Source of the DNA: Patescibacteria group bacterium
GTDB taxonomy: Bacteria > Patescibacteriota > Microgenomatia > JAMCZE01
Reading direction: 5' to 3'
Assembly (NCBI GenBank): GCA_023485845.1
Contig: JAMCZE010000007.1
Location: 11,391-75,390 of the forward strand
Length of the DNA stretch: 64,000 nt
In this document: one piece after another, positions 17,593 to 26,550 of the stretch
How positions within the stretch are numbered: position 1 is the stretch's first letter
Layout: each line of letters begins with the position of its first letter
Position numbers and translations under genes: made by a program
Notes under the pieces: model-generated
What the model was told of the DNA's origin: nothing
Seen by the model: only the letters and a program-made list of their open reading frames with translations
Databases searched by the model: none

Positions 17593-18477
17593 ATGAAACT
17601 ACTTAGGAACTTTCGCCAAAAGGATTGCATTCAATTGGCTAAAATTCTTAATTCCGGCCAGTCGGTCCTTCTTCTGGCCGATCCGGGGATGGGCAAAACC
17701 ACCCTTCTGGACCTAATTTTTGATGTCCCCGGCGTTCGCCAGCAATATTTTAGAGACGAAGTAAAGCTGCTGCGTTTCAATTTGGAAGAAGGCATCCTGC
17801 CCACCCTGTCCCCGTCCGAGCAAAAAACCATTATCTTTTTCGACCATACCGAGCGATTATCTGACCCGGATAAACAAAATTTTGTCTACCAAATTAAAGC
17901 ACTTCGCGATAAGATGCGACCCAATATTAGTTTCCTTTTTGTTACAAATATCCCTCTAGATCTTCCTCCCATTAACCATTTTCTCTTAGAGAATATCTAC
18001 CACCTGCCGCCACTATCGCCCACCGACGCAAAGGACTTCTTGGAAGAGATTCTTAAAATGCGTCAAGGGAAACTTTGCCCCATGCAAAAAAAGACGATTA
18101 TTAACCAGGCCGGCGGTGTTCCCCGGTTAATTAAAAAACTGACTAATTTAACCCTGGATGGGCGCGAGTGGAATAGTGATCCTTATGTCGCCAAGTTTCT
18201 GGGAAGTTCAGAAGACGATGGGGAAATTGTTGGACCAATTAAGTTTTCCCAAAAACTTAGCAAACAGGAGTTTCTCTTGGCCAAGTTTTTAATTGAGAAA
18301 GGTGACTTTGCTAGCCGGGAAGACATGATCGAAGCGGTCTGGAAGAACAAGCAGTATGAAGTCAACGATCATGCCCTGGACCAAATGCTCCATCGCCTGC
18401 GGCAAAAACTGGCAACCGCCACTCCCAAATCAGTTCTTCTCACTTTTCGCGGCCGAGGCTGTAAGTTAACATTCTAA
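17593..18477 (+). CDS. P-loop ATPase-like domain fused to OmpR/PhoB-type winged helix
   Basis: ADPGMGKTT; C-terminal SREDMIEAVW...LDQMLHRLRQKL...RGRG. Confidence 0.8.
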   Translation: MKLLRNFRQKDCIQLAKILNSGQSVLLLADPGMGKTTLLDLIFDVPGVRQQYFRDEVKLLRFNLEEGILPTLSPSEQKTIIFFDHTERLSDPDKQNFVYQIKALRDKMRPNISFLFVTNIPLDLPPINHFLLENIYHLPPLSPTDAKDFLEEILKMRQGKLCPMQKKTIINQAGGVPRLIKKLTNLTLDGREWNSDPYVAKFLGSSEDDGEIVGPIKFSQKLSKQEFLLAKFLIEKGDFASREDMIEAVWKNKQYEVNDHALDQMLHRLRQKLATATPKSVLLTFRGRGCKLTF

Positions 18478-18819
18478 GCCAACAATTTCCTTAAATACAC
18501 CCACTTCCCTCTCTGATCCCAAAAATTCCTTGAGACAACCATCGCCAAGACGAATAACACTGATCAGGTGGTCGCGTAATTCACCCTGCTCTAAGCCTCT
18601 AGCTGTAACAGACATTTCATTTAGTCTTGTTGCTACCTCCACGGCACCAATAATTGGTTCCCTGTTCCTAGCTTCATTCGGCTCCAACAACTCCTGTTCA
18701 GAAACAACTAAGCCCCTTTTCAAAGTGTTGGTGAAACTTAATCTCGCACTCATCTTATTATCTACTAAGAAGACTCCAAATGTTAAAAGTATCTGTCCTA
18801 GGATAGCCATCATCAACAT
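18466..18819 (-). CDS. Hypothetical protein
   Basis: ORF downstream of trpS; start likely internal (MSARL). Confidence 0.45.
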   Translation of the reverse strand: MLMMAILGQILLTFGVFLVDNKMSARLSFTNTLKRGLVVSEQELLEPNEARNREPIIGAVEVATRLNEMSVTARGLEQGELRDHLISVIRLGDGCLKEFLGSEREVGVFKEIVGLEC

Positions 18820-19051
18820 CCCTTACCGGAAGGTTCCTTCTTTCTAGTTCGTACTCTATAGCAAGGTCAAACAGGGTCTTCTCTCCTACATCCACATTTA
18901 ACGCTGAGGCTAAAACTAATAGTCCTGGTTTCTCCAATAGGGTTGCCTTCAAACAGATTTCGCAAGAAAAATCTGGAGAAATGGCTCGGAATGGTTCTAT
19001 TGCAGGAGGACAATCAGCTACTCCAGTCTTTTCAGGAAAAGCGCACTTCAT
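18758..19051 (-). CDS. Hypothetical protein
   Basis: ATGA overlap with the trpS stop; CxxC. Confidence 0.55.
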   Translation of the reverse strand: MKCAFPEKTGVADCPPAIEPFRAISPDFSCEICLKATLLEKPGLLVLASALNVDVGEKTLFDLAIEYELERRNLPVRDVDDGYPRTDTFNIWSLLSR

Positions 19052-20037
19052 AGCCCCATTTTACTACGAACCTCTCTCAATGTCTCGTCGGCAATGGTTT
19101 TGGCGTAGGTTTTTCCCTCTTCCAGAATGGTCTCCACTTCGGCCGGGTGGGCCTCAAAATATTTGCGCCGCTCCTGAATGGGCGCCAGTTCTTTATAAAT
19201 CGCTTCTGCCAATTCCGCTTTTAATTCTTGGTACTTGATTCCCGATTCTTTATATTCACTCCGGTATTGTTGTGCCCGATCATGGCCTTGGAAAAGCTCC
19301 ACAAAGGTAACGAGATTTGCCGCCGGACCGGCTTCGGGAAACCTCTCCCCTTTTCCGTCATCCGTCACTGCTTTGGCCAAAATGGCTTTAATTTCCTCAA
19401 GTGTATCGGTCAAAATAATTGTGCCGCCGTTAGTTTTACTCATTTTGCCTTCACCAAACAAGGAAGGCACATATTGTCCCGGCGTTTTATAACTTTGCGG
19501 CTCCGGAAAAGTTTGGCCAAACATAGAATTGAATTTCCTTGCCATTTCTCTCGCCACCTCCATATGGGGTTCCTGATCCTGGCCAATAGGAACTAGCGGT
19601 GCTTTATAAATCAGGATGTCCGCCGCCATAAGAACAGGATAATAAAGGAGCCCCATATTAACGTAATCCGGATGCTGGGCTTTTTTCTCCTTATAGGTAG
19701 GCAAATCTTCCAGACGGGAAACCTGATAAATGGTCCCTAAATAGTAGGCCAATTCTAGGTGCTCTGCCCGCAAATCAGACTGAATGATAATGTGGCACTT
19801 TTTTGGGTCCAGCCCTGATCCCAAATAATCTAAAACAATATCTTTCACCATGGGCCGGAGAGTTTTAGTATCGTAGGGAGTGGTGATTGTATGCAAATCA
19901 ACCACGGCAAAAATACAGTCAAACTTATCCTGCAATTCCAGCATTCCTTTAATGGCCCCCAAGTAGTTGCCAATATGCGGACGGGCATTAGCCCGAATTC
20001 CAGAAAACACCCGCTTTCTGCTGCTTGACATATTCAT
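19048..20037 (-). CDS. trpS: Tryptophanyl-tRNA synthetase
   Basis: HIGN, YPVLMAADIL, VPIGQDQ and KMSK motifs. Confidence 0.97.
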   Translation of the reverse strand: MNMSSSRKRVFSGIRANARPHIGNYLGAIKGMLELQDKFDCIFAVVDLHTITTPYDTKTLRPMVKDIVLDYLGSGLDPKKCHIIIQSDLRAEHLELAYYLGTIYQVSRLEDLPTYKEKKAQHPDYVNMGLLYYPVLMAADILIYKAPLVPIGQDQEPHMEVAREMARKFNSMFGQTFPEPQSYKTPGQYVPSLFGEGKMSKTNGGTIILTDTLEEIKAILAKAVTDDGKGERFPEAGPAANLVTFVELFQGHDRAQQYRSEYKESGIKYQELKAELAEAIYKELAPIQERRKYFEAHPAEVETILEEGKTYAKTIADETLREVRSKMGL

Positions 20038-20056
20038 ATTTTATGCTAATATTATC

Positions 20057-20656
20057 TCACTTACCCCGTGTGCTTGCATGCGGGGTCTTTTTTATTCCTC
20101 CAAGCTCTAGAATCTTTAACTTCTTTGGCATCTCCCGTTCGCTAAGTTTAAATTTTCCAAGATAATTTAGAACAGTAGCCTTGTCAGCCATATAAGAAAT
20201 TCCCAAGGCAAATCTCGTGGGAAGAAAAATTCCATGAGTTCTAGCCCCGAATTTCTTAGCAATTTCTAGGGAATAGACGAGGTCGGCATCCCCCGTTACT
20301 ATTACCACTTGGTTACATTTTTTAAGAAAAGCGTTATAAACAAGGTCTAACGCCAGATGAACATCCACCCCTTTCTCTTTACCTGATGTCGGCGAGCGAT
20401 GGCCTTTATAAAAATATAACCCACTGATTTCTTTCACTCCTTTGTAGAATAAAGCCTCGGTTTCTAGTAGCTCCTTTTCCTTCGCACTATTATTTCGGGG
20501 CAACATATATGAGGCATAAAAGAAAATCTTATCAACTTTTTGCACTCTGTTTATGTCTTTTAAAAGATCTCTGAATCTAGGTATATCTCTCACCCCAAAT
20601 AAATCATATAGACCCATGAATAAATTTGTCCCATCAACGAATAAAAATGTCTTCAT
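20057..20656 (-). CDS. NYN-domain (LabA/DUF88, PIN-like) nuclease
   Basis: FVDGTN, KEKGVDVHLALD and VTGDADL motifs. Confidence 0.9.
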   Translation of the reverse strand: MKTFLFVDGTNLFMGLYDLFGVRDIPRFRDLLKDINRVQKVDKIFFYASYMLPRNNSAKEKELLETEALFYKGVKEISGLYFYKGHRSPTSGKEKGVDVHLALDLVYNAFLKKCNQVVIVTGDADLVYSLEIAKKFGARTHGIFLPTRFALGISYMADKATVLNYLGKFKLSEREMPKKLKILELGGIKKTPHASTRGK

Positions 20657-20741
20657 TGTCCTTTCTATATTATCATCTTTCGTCAGAGCACCAAAAAATC
20701 CCCGCCATGGGAAACTAGTTTTTTTCTGGAAAACTCCGCCA

Positions 20742-21008
20742 TCAAGGTCTGCGGCGTCCCAAAACCCCAAAAATGCTTGCCGGTAACTTGCTTCTCCGTT
20801 CCTGTTGTCTCCGTTGCTCCTCTTTCAATTCCTTCTCGGTCAAGATATGAATCTCTTTGCCGGCCCTGCGCGCCGCGTCAATCTGCTCTTGAGAAACCAC
20901 TGACGAAATGTCAACCTCACCATTGGACTTTTTTGGGAGTCTCTTGATAGCTTCATCGCTGGCCTTCACAAGCGGCCGACCTGGTATTTTGCTAACTCTT
21001 TCGCCCAT
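20742..21008 (-). CDS. Hypothetical protein
   Basis: Charged ORF; start taken at MGERV. Confidence 0.45.
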   Translation of the reverse strand: MGERVSKIPGRPLVKASDEAIKRLPKKSNGEVDISSVVSQEQIDAARRAGKEIHILTEKELKEEQRRQQERRSKLPASIFGVLGRRRP

Positions 21009-21120
21009 ACTCTTATTTTCAATATATCTAACTCCAGTATTATACCATTTCAAGACTCCATAAGCCACCCACCTTGCCTCATTAAGCCGAATCTGTTAAA
21101 ATATATCCACAACTTAACAA

Positions 21121-21358
21121 CGCGGGGTAGTGTACAGTTGCATGTCAGGCTAGTAGAAGTGGGCCCGTCTCGCAGGAATGCGAGAATGAAAATCCGGCTA
21201 AATCGGTGGACACCCCTGATAATTAGGGACAATACCGAGGGTAATCCGTAGAGACTACAAACCGGAGATCCAGAACGGATCATGATATAGTCCAACCCCT
21301 ATCGTAAGATGGGTAGGTGCATAATCTGACGGTCCGGATGCGACCTCCGGCCCCGCAA
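21121..21358 (+). tRNA. tRNA-Met(CAT), initiator-like, split by an intron (exons 21121-21151 and 21320-21358)
   Basis: Joined exons give acceptor CGCGGGG/CCCCGCA with C1:A72 mismatch, anticodon arm TCAGG-CTCATAA-TCTGA and T stem CCGGA/TCCGG. Confidence 0.88.
21152..21319 (+). ncRNA. Group I intron, 168 nt, between anticodon-loop positions 33 and 34
   Basis: Follows exon U and ends in G; P7 GACTA/TAGTC within AGAGACTA(21250) and TATAGTCC(21286); P4 TCGGT/ACCGA; P3 TCCGG/CCGGA; GNRA-capped P2 and P9. Confidence 0.9.
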
Positions 21359-23071
21359 CAAAGTGGGAACGGCGACCAAAAAGTCACCGCTTTTCGTTAT
21401 ATCTAGGCTCCAATCGTTGGATGCGACCATTTTTCCAATCATCGGAGCCGACTTTTTCATCTCCACAATTTTTTCAAAATAGAACGGGGCGTCAAAATTG
21501 ACCGTTTTATCTAAAAGGGTCGGATGCGAACCACACAAGCCCACAAAAATGTCCCGCTTCACCTTCGGGTCGGTGGTATTATTGAACTTCTCCCTGGCTT
21601 CCGCAGCGAAAGTAATCGCCTCAACAGTTTTATTGTTAGCCCGGATCATCCGGTCGTCAATATTCGTCAGTTGACTCTCTATATTTCTTATCTCTTCTTC
21701 CAGGGGAACTTTCCGAGACTTAAACTCTTCATCGTTTAACAAACTGCCGTCACTATTGCCCGGAGATATCTTGAGGGCCACCAGATTATCCAACCGCTTT
21801 CTGGCGTCATCGTAAGCATTCTTAGTGGCTTCTATTGTGCTTTCCCGGAAGCCTTTCTCGTCTTCGTGCATCCGGCGGATCTGTTCAATCGCCCACTCCA
21901 GAAATTTAGGATTGAGTTCAACTTCGGCAAGTCTCCGGTCAATTTGTTTCTCCAGTTGCTTCTCACTAACGCTTAGTTCCTTGCAGGAAGTGTCAGTGTG
22001 CCGGTGGCAACGATGATAAATATAATGGGAAATTCTTGACTGGGGCATTTCGGCAATAAGTAGGCTGCACTGGGGACAGCGATCTGGGTTCTTGCGGGTG
22101 AGCTGGAATTTCTTCCGGCACCGGGAACAAATAACCTGCCATTTGCCATCAATAACTACTCCTGACCCACAATTCCCACATCGCAGGGTGTGGCCATAGG
22201 CATAGTTGTGGCTGGTTGTTTTCTGACTGACATTGCCAAGTTTGACCTGGACTTGATTAAAAACCTCCTCGCTGATGACCCTCTCCAGTCCGGGGTTGTT
22301 GTTGTGCCATTTGCCGCTGTCCACCGGATATTCAAACCGGCCGCAGTAGAACGGATTATTCAAAATCCGGTAAATCTCACTCTCTGAAAGCAAGTGCCCG
22401 CCGATTCGCTTATGCTGACGGGTCATCAAATGCCACTCCTTGCAAGCTGTCCGGTGGATTGCCCGGACGGAGTTGCCGGCCAGAAAAAGTTCAAAGATTT
22501 TTTTAACAAACGGCAGCCGTTCCTGGTCAACATAGATTTTGCGAAAGCCGCTCTCTGTCCTCTTATCATTCAGATAGCCAATTGGTGCCCAGCCCGGCCG
22601 CCAGCCATCCCGACATTTTTTCTCCAATCCCCGTGACACCACAATGCTTTTATCGTCACTGTCCTTTTTAGAGAGAGAAAATTCCAACCCCAGCATAAAT
22701 TTATCCTCCGGCGTGTTGTGGTAGGTTCGTGACGGCGTGACGATTTCCAGCAGTTTGCCGCTGTCCATTAAAAAGATGATGTAGCCGCCGTCCACCGGGT
22801 TGCGGGCCAGCCGGTTAGCGTGCCAGGTGACAATGGCGTTAGCCTCACCGGACTTAATAGCTTCCACCATGCCCTTAAAAGCATCCCGCTGTTCTGGGGT
22901 GTGGGCAGACTTACTTTCCTGAAGAACATCTTTAATCTTTAGGCCCAGTTTATCTTTGAGACCATCAATAATATAAAGCTGGTCAGGCAATGACGCCGCC
23001 TGCCGCTCTTTATTATCTTCGGAGCTTTTCCGGGCGTAACCTATGTATTTGAGAGCAACTTGTGTGTTCAT
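21299..23071 (-). CDS. Large serine recombinase with zinc ribbon and coiled coil
   Basis: YARKSS, ESKSA, NRLARN, APIGY, ILNNPFYCG and CGNCG motifs; 3' end runs antisense into the tRNA/intron. Confidence 0.94.
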   Translation of the reverse strand: MNTQVALKYIGYARKSSEDNKERQAASLPDQLYIIDGLKDKLGLKIKDVLQESKSAHTPEQRDAFKGMVEAIKSGEANAIVTWHANRLARNPVDGGYIIFLMDSGKLLEIVTPSRTYHNTPEDKFMLGLEFSLSKKDSDDKSIVVSRGLEKKCRDGWRPGWAPIGYLNDKRTESGFRKIYVDQERLPFVKKIFELFLAGNSVRAIHRTACKEWHLMTRQHKRIGGHLLSESEIYRILNNPFYCGRFEYPVDSGKWHNNNPGLERVISEEVFNQVQVKLGNVSQKTTSHNYAYGHTLRCGNCGSGVVIDGKWQVICSRCRKKFQLTRKNPDRCPQCSLLIAEMPQSRISHYIYHRCHRHTDTSCKELSVSEKQLEKQIDRRLAEVELNPKFLEWAIEQIRRMHEDEKGFRESTIEATKNAYDDARKRLDNLVALKISPGNSDGSLLNDEEFKSRKVPLEEEIRNIESQLTNIDDRMIRANNKTVEAITFAAEAREKFNNTTDPKVKRDIFVGLCGSHPTLLDKTVNFDAPFYFEKIVEMKKSAPMIGKMVASNDWSLDITKSGDFLVAVPTLLRGRRSHPDRQIMHLPILR

Positions 23072-23144
23072 AAATAATGCCCCCACTGGTGTGCTCAAGT
23101 CGGTGAAGACTTGTCCAATGAGGGCATTAAAAATCTCCACCACT

Positions 23145-23336
23145 TCACTTGAGCACGATTCCATTTTTCTCTCTTTTGCCGTTCTTGTCAATATCCGGGA
23201 GGTTATCGCCATAAACTGCCTTAACAAGGGTCACCAGTTTATTCCCAAATTCTTCAGCTATTTGGTCGGTTAGATTCACGCCATACTCCTGCTTATAAAG
23301 CGTCTTAAACTGCTCCAGAGCTTCCTTGCTAAGCAT
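23145..23336 (-). CDS. Small protein upstream of the recombinase (possible directionality factor)
   Basis: 63 aa, coupled to the upstream ORF; function inferred from position only. Confidence 0.65.
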   Translation of the reverse strand: MLSKEALEQFKTLYKQEYGVNLTDQIAEEFGNKLVTLVKAVYGDNLPDIDKNGKREKNGIVLK

Positions 23337-23871
23337 GGGCCCCCTCTTTCTTGATTTTCGCCCGTCTTTGCCGTTTTTTCAGAAGAAAAGTGAAAAAGTC
23401 CGCTGGTGTTTGACCTGCCCATTTACCTAGTAGTAACGAGCGGTATATTTCCGCTATGGTACGAATTATCGGTCTAGGAGTATAATTTTGTGCACACCAA
23501 AGCCAGTGGCCTTCTTTCCTGGGATCACCAAAAGTCTTCTGTAAAATCTCGGCAATTTCATAGCGGGAAGATTTATAATCTAGCTTTACCAGTTGCTCAA
23601 TAGCTGAATGGAGACTGTCAGCTAGCTTGTCGTTTACTTTAAGATAACAAGCACTACTAGAACTGCTTCTAAGACTAGCTTCTCCTTCTGTGGCTGGAGG
23701 ATTCTTTGTTTCATTGTGTTCAATAACCGGCGCGCTTTCGGCAACAGCTTCACAAGCGAGGAGTTGGTCTTCCAATGAGAGTCCGGAATCTGAATTGTAT
23801 CTTGCACCGTAACTCTCAATTTTTCGAACTATTTCTATTGATTCTGCCTGATTGTAGTATTTGTTTGTCAT
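23329..23871 (-). CDS. Hypothetical protein, possibly replication-related
   Basis: GGGAG SD before MTNKY; C-terminal TPADFFTFLLK resembles replication-protein tails. Confidence 0.55.
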   Translation of the reverse strand: MTNKYYNQAESIEIVRKIESYGARYNSDSGLSLEDQLLACEAVAESAPVIEHNETKNPPATEGEASLRSSSSSACYLKVNDKLADSLHSAIEQLVKLDYKSSRYEIAEILQKTFGDPRKEGHWLWCAQNYTPRPIIRTIAEIYRSLLLGKWAGQTPADFFTFLLKKRQRRAKIKKEGAHA

Positions 23872-23931
23872 AAAAACTCCCGTCTTGGGTGTTGAATCCA
23901 ACGGGAGTTTTTATCAACACCCAATTGTCCC

Positions 23932-23966
23932 AAAAAAAAAAGCCCCACTGTCTTCACAGCAGGGCT
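23932..23966 (-). terminator. Intrinsic terminator/attenuator upstream of the 23329-23871 gene
   Basis: 11-bp stem with two G-U pairs, GAAG loop and T10 tail. Confidence 0.75.
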
Positions 23967-24120
23967 CGTCTGCACGAGTTGTCCTAATGTCAGAATAGCA
24001 TTATAGAATTTAGCTTGTCAAGAGGCTCTTAACCTGTAATGGTTCATTACAGGTAATGCTGTGTAAATGAATTGAGTTTAGGCCGTCGTAATAATGTAAC
24101 AAGGGTATTTTCTCAGATCC

Positions 24121-24468
24121 TCATTTTTGAAGAACCCCTCTTGCTTCCTCTAAAATTTGCCCGGCGTTGTCGTTCACGCTAGTCAGTTTAGTTTGCAATT
24201 GAATTTTGTCATTATTGAGACCTTGAAGCTGGCTAGCTGCATTTTTAACATCGCACGCCTGGAAGTTGGTAACACATTTTGAGGTGATGTCATAGGCTGC
24301 CGAACAATTCTGGACTAATTCATTTGATGCCTGGAGCCCGGCGAAACAATTATCTGCCATTTTGGCTGCCACCGATTTTATAGCCCGTATTTGGCCCTGT
24401 TGGATGGCATACATGACCACCACACCGAGAAGGAAGAAAATTATCGCAACAATGGCGGATTTACGCAT
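24121..24468 (-). CDS. Membrane-anchored or secreted helical protein
   Basis: N-terminal hydrophobic helix, four Cys, coiled coil. Confidence 0.65.
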   Translation of the reverse strand: MRKSAIVAIIFFLLGVVVMYAIQQGQIRAIKSVAAKMADNCFAGLQASNELVQNCSAAYDITSKCVTNFQACDVKNAASQLQGLNNDKIQLQTKLTSVNDNAGQILEEARGVLQK

Positions 24469-24474
24469 ATCGAT

Positions 24475-24903
24475 TTAACCAGATCGTGCTAATAGCTGCT
24501 GGATAATAACGATAACAGAAATAATTCCTGCAGTTCCCCACATTACAATAGCGAGGTAAAGACCCTTTCTCTGTAGGCCCAGTCGTTTTCTCGAATTATC
24601 CATTTTTGCCGCCCAGGTTGAGCGAAACCACTTCGACTTTAACCAGTTCCATATAAGGAACAAGCCAATCATTAGCAGTATCCCCGATATTTGGATTCCA
24701 TGTTGCGGCAGCAAGGCCGACCCGACGATAAATATGGCAATTAAAATCATTAGTGGCACAACTACGAGGGAAACGATAGTGAGAAGAAGTAGGCCTGGTA
24801 GTTTTAGTTGCTGACCTGTTTCTTCCAGTTTTTCAGGGTGAGTTCCAAAATAGACCCCAATCCCCACTGCTATTGCGATCGTGATAAATAAATTAAACAT
24901 CAC
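24475..24903 (-). CDS. Membrane protein
   Basis: Four hydrophobic segments. Confidence 0.65.
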   Translation of the reverse strand: MMFNLFITIAIAVGIGVYFGTHPEKLEETGQQLKLPGLLLLTIVSLVVVPLMILIAIFIVGSALLPQHGIQISGILLMIGLFLIWNWLKSKWFRSTWAAKMDNSRKRLGLQRKGLYLAIVMWGTAGIISVIVIIQQLLARSG

Positions 24904-25021
24904 TTTTATCCCCTATTGAATTCCTCCTTACTAACATTTTCTATAAAGATATGCGTAACTCGTGCCTTATATTTGACTATAATCAATAATTTTTCCGGTT
25001 TCAAGTAGCCATAATTCGTTC

Positions 25022-25237
25022 ATGGCCACTATTACTCAGAAATTTGGGAAGAGGATCAAACAATTAAGGAAAAAATTAGGCCTATCACAGGAAAAATTAG
25101 CGGAATTGGCCCGGTTGGATTACAGCTACCTCAATATGATAGAGGCGGGGAAGAAAAACCCATCTCTCAAAAGAATCCACAAACTCGCTCGAACATTAAA
25201 AGTTTCACTTCAAGAGCTTTTCTCCTTCGATAAATAA
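25022..25237 (+). CDS. XRE-family HTH regulator
   Basis: IKQLRKKLGLSQEKLA...IEAGKKNPSL. Confidence 0.92.
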   Translation: MATITQKFGKRIKQLRKKLGLSQEKLAELARLDYSYLNMIEAGKKNPSLKRIHKLARTLKVSLQELFSFDK

Positions 25238-25319
25238 GCCCGGAATATACATGGGGTCATCCCCTTTAGGCACACAAAAGGGTGAAATTGTCCTGGAACA
25301 CCCATAAAAACTATGATGG

Positions 25320-25655
25320 TTACAGGAGGCCAAGCATTTTTGATATCGACTTCAAGACAAATAGGTGATCTGCGTTGGTAGCGTTAGGCCCGCAACCATG
25401 CTCCAGGGCCTCGGCCCATTTATTGACAATTTTTTCCAGCGTGATACCAGAATCACTAAGTTGCTTCTGGATAGCCTTCTGCACTCGTGGATTGCTATTA
25501 AGAGCGTAAACGAATCCATCCGCTGCCTTCCTGGATTTAACATGGTAGCCAGCGTCGATGACTGCCTCCCTCTTATTCCCCAACCGCACTAGGGCAGCTA
25601 CATATTTCTGCTGTTTCATTGTAAGTTGTCTCATAGACTCATTGTACACCGCCAC
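25320..25655 (-). CDS. Terminase small subunit-like protein
   Basis: LTMKQQKYV...GNKREAVIDAGY...NPRVQKAI resembles the TerS HTH consensus. Confidence 0.7.
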   Translation of the reverse strand: MAVYNESMRQLTMKQQKYVAALVRLGNKREAVIDAGYHVKSRKAADGFVYALNSNPRVQKAIQKQLSDSGITLEKIVNKWAEALEHGCGPNATNADHLFVLKSISKMLGLL

Positions 25656-25898
25656 AGCTACTCTATTTTACCTATGTTCGCCAGGAGGAAGATTTCCTGA
25701 AAATTTTTGCCGTATTTACGAAGGGTAATATCTTTACTTTTCTGGCATTAATAGGGTGGTATGGGGGTAAGTCTGCAAAATCCTACAGCTCGCTAGTTAT
25801 CTGTCCTATGAAGATGTAAAATTTGACTATCATGGATGATAGTCACAACAAAGATCTACGGGTAGAAGTCAAAAAGGGCTACTCGGTTCCAACGATTC

Positions 25899-26543
25899 AT
25901 GAAAAACCAAGCAACGATCAACAGTCAAAAGTTACTCGTCGAGTATTGCTTCAAGAGACTCCAGTCAATCAAAAAAAAGATGACAGAAAAAGACGAAATA
26001 ACTAGACAACGCAATAAAGACTCTGCCCAGCGAGCTGCTCTGTTTTGGATAAAATTGACTAACGAGAGGGAGTCTGAAATTGTTCGACAGCTTCTTGCCC
26101 TTGCCGCAATAATTTTGCCACTTTCTGCTTCTATTCTTCTTGCCAATATTACACTGCTACAAATAGAAAAAGTCTTGCTGATGGCTTGCTGGATTCTTTT
26201 GTTTGTCTCAATTATTGCAGGGTTTATCCAAATTATTATCGACACGCGTTACTTCTTGAAGGTGTCTAGGGATTCAAGTATCAGGGAGAGACTTTGGTCG
26301 TCTACAAACAGGTCGATTAAAGACATTGACAACGATATTGTGAAGCTGGGGGAAATACCAGGAAGTTCTGGTGATTGGAGCCTAATTATACAAGGAGTGG
26401 CGTTTTTTCTGGCAATTCTACTCCTGTTAGCCGTAGGATTTTCAATTATCACCCAGCAACACCTATCCCCAAGCACTGTCTGCCTGGAGCCTGCCAAGGC
26501 TCCATTTTTTATCTTCTGCGACAGAAACTCCGAAGGGATATAA
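25899..26543 (+). CDS. Three-TM membrane protein (element cargo)
   Basis: Hydrophobic segments; start probably at MTEKD (25980). Confidence 0.6.
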   Translation: MKNQATINSQKLLVEYCFKRLQSIKKKMTEKDEITRQRNKDSAQRAALFWIKLTNERESEIVRQLLALAAIILPLSASILLANITLLQIEKVLLMACWILLFVSIIAGFIQIIIDTRYFLKVSRDSSIRERLWSSTNRSIKDIDNDIVKLGEIPGSSGDWSLIIQGVAFFLAILLLLAVGFSIITQQHLSPSTVCLEPAKAPFFIFCDRNSEGI

Positions 26544-26550
26544 TCTGGAT

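Noticed and set aside
23072-23227. 52-aa N-terminal extension of the recombinase in the ORF track
   Set aside because: It overlaps the upstream 63-aa gene; the catalytic YARKS motif follows Met at 23071.
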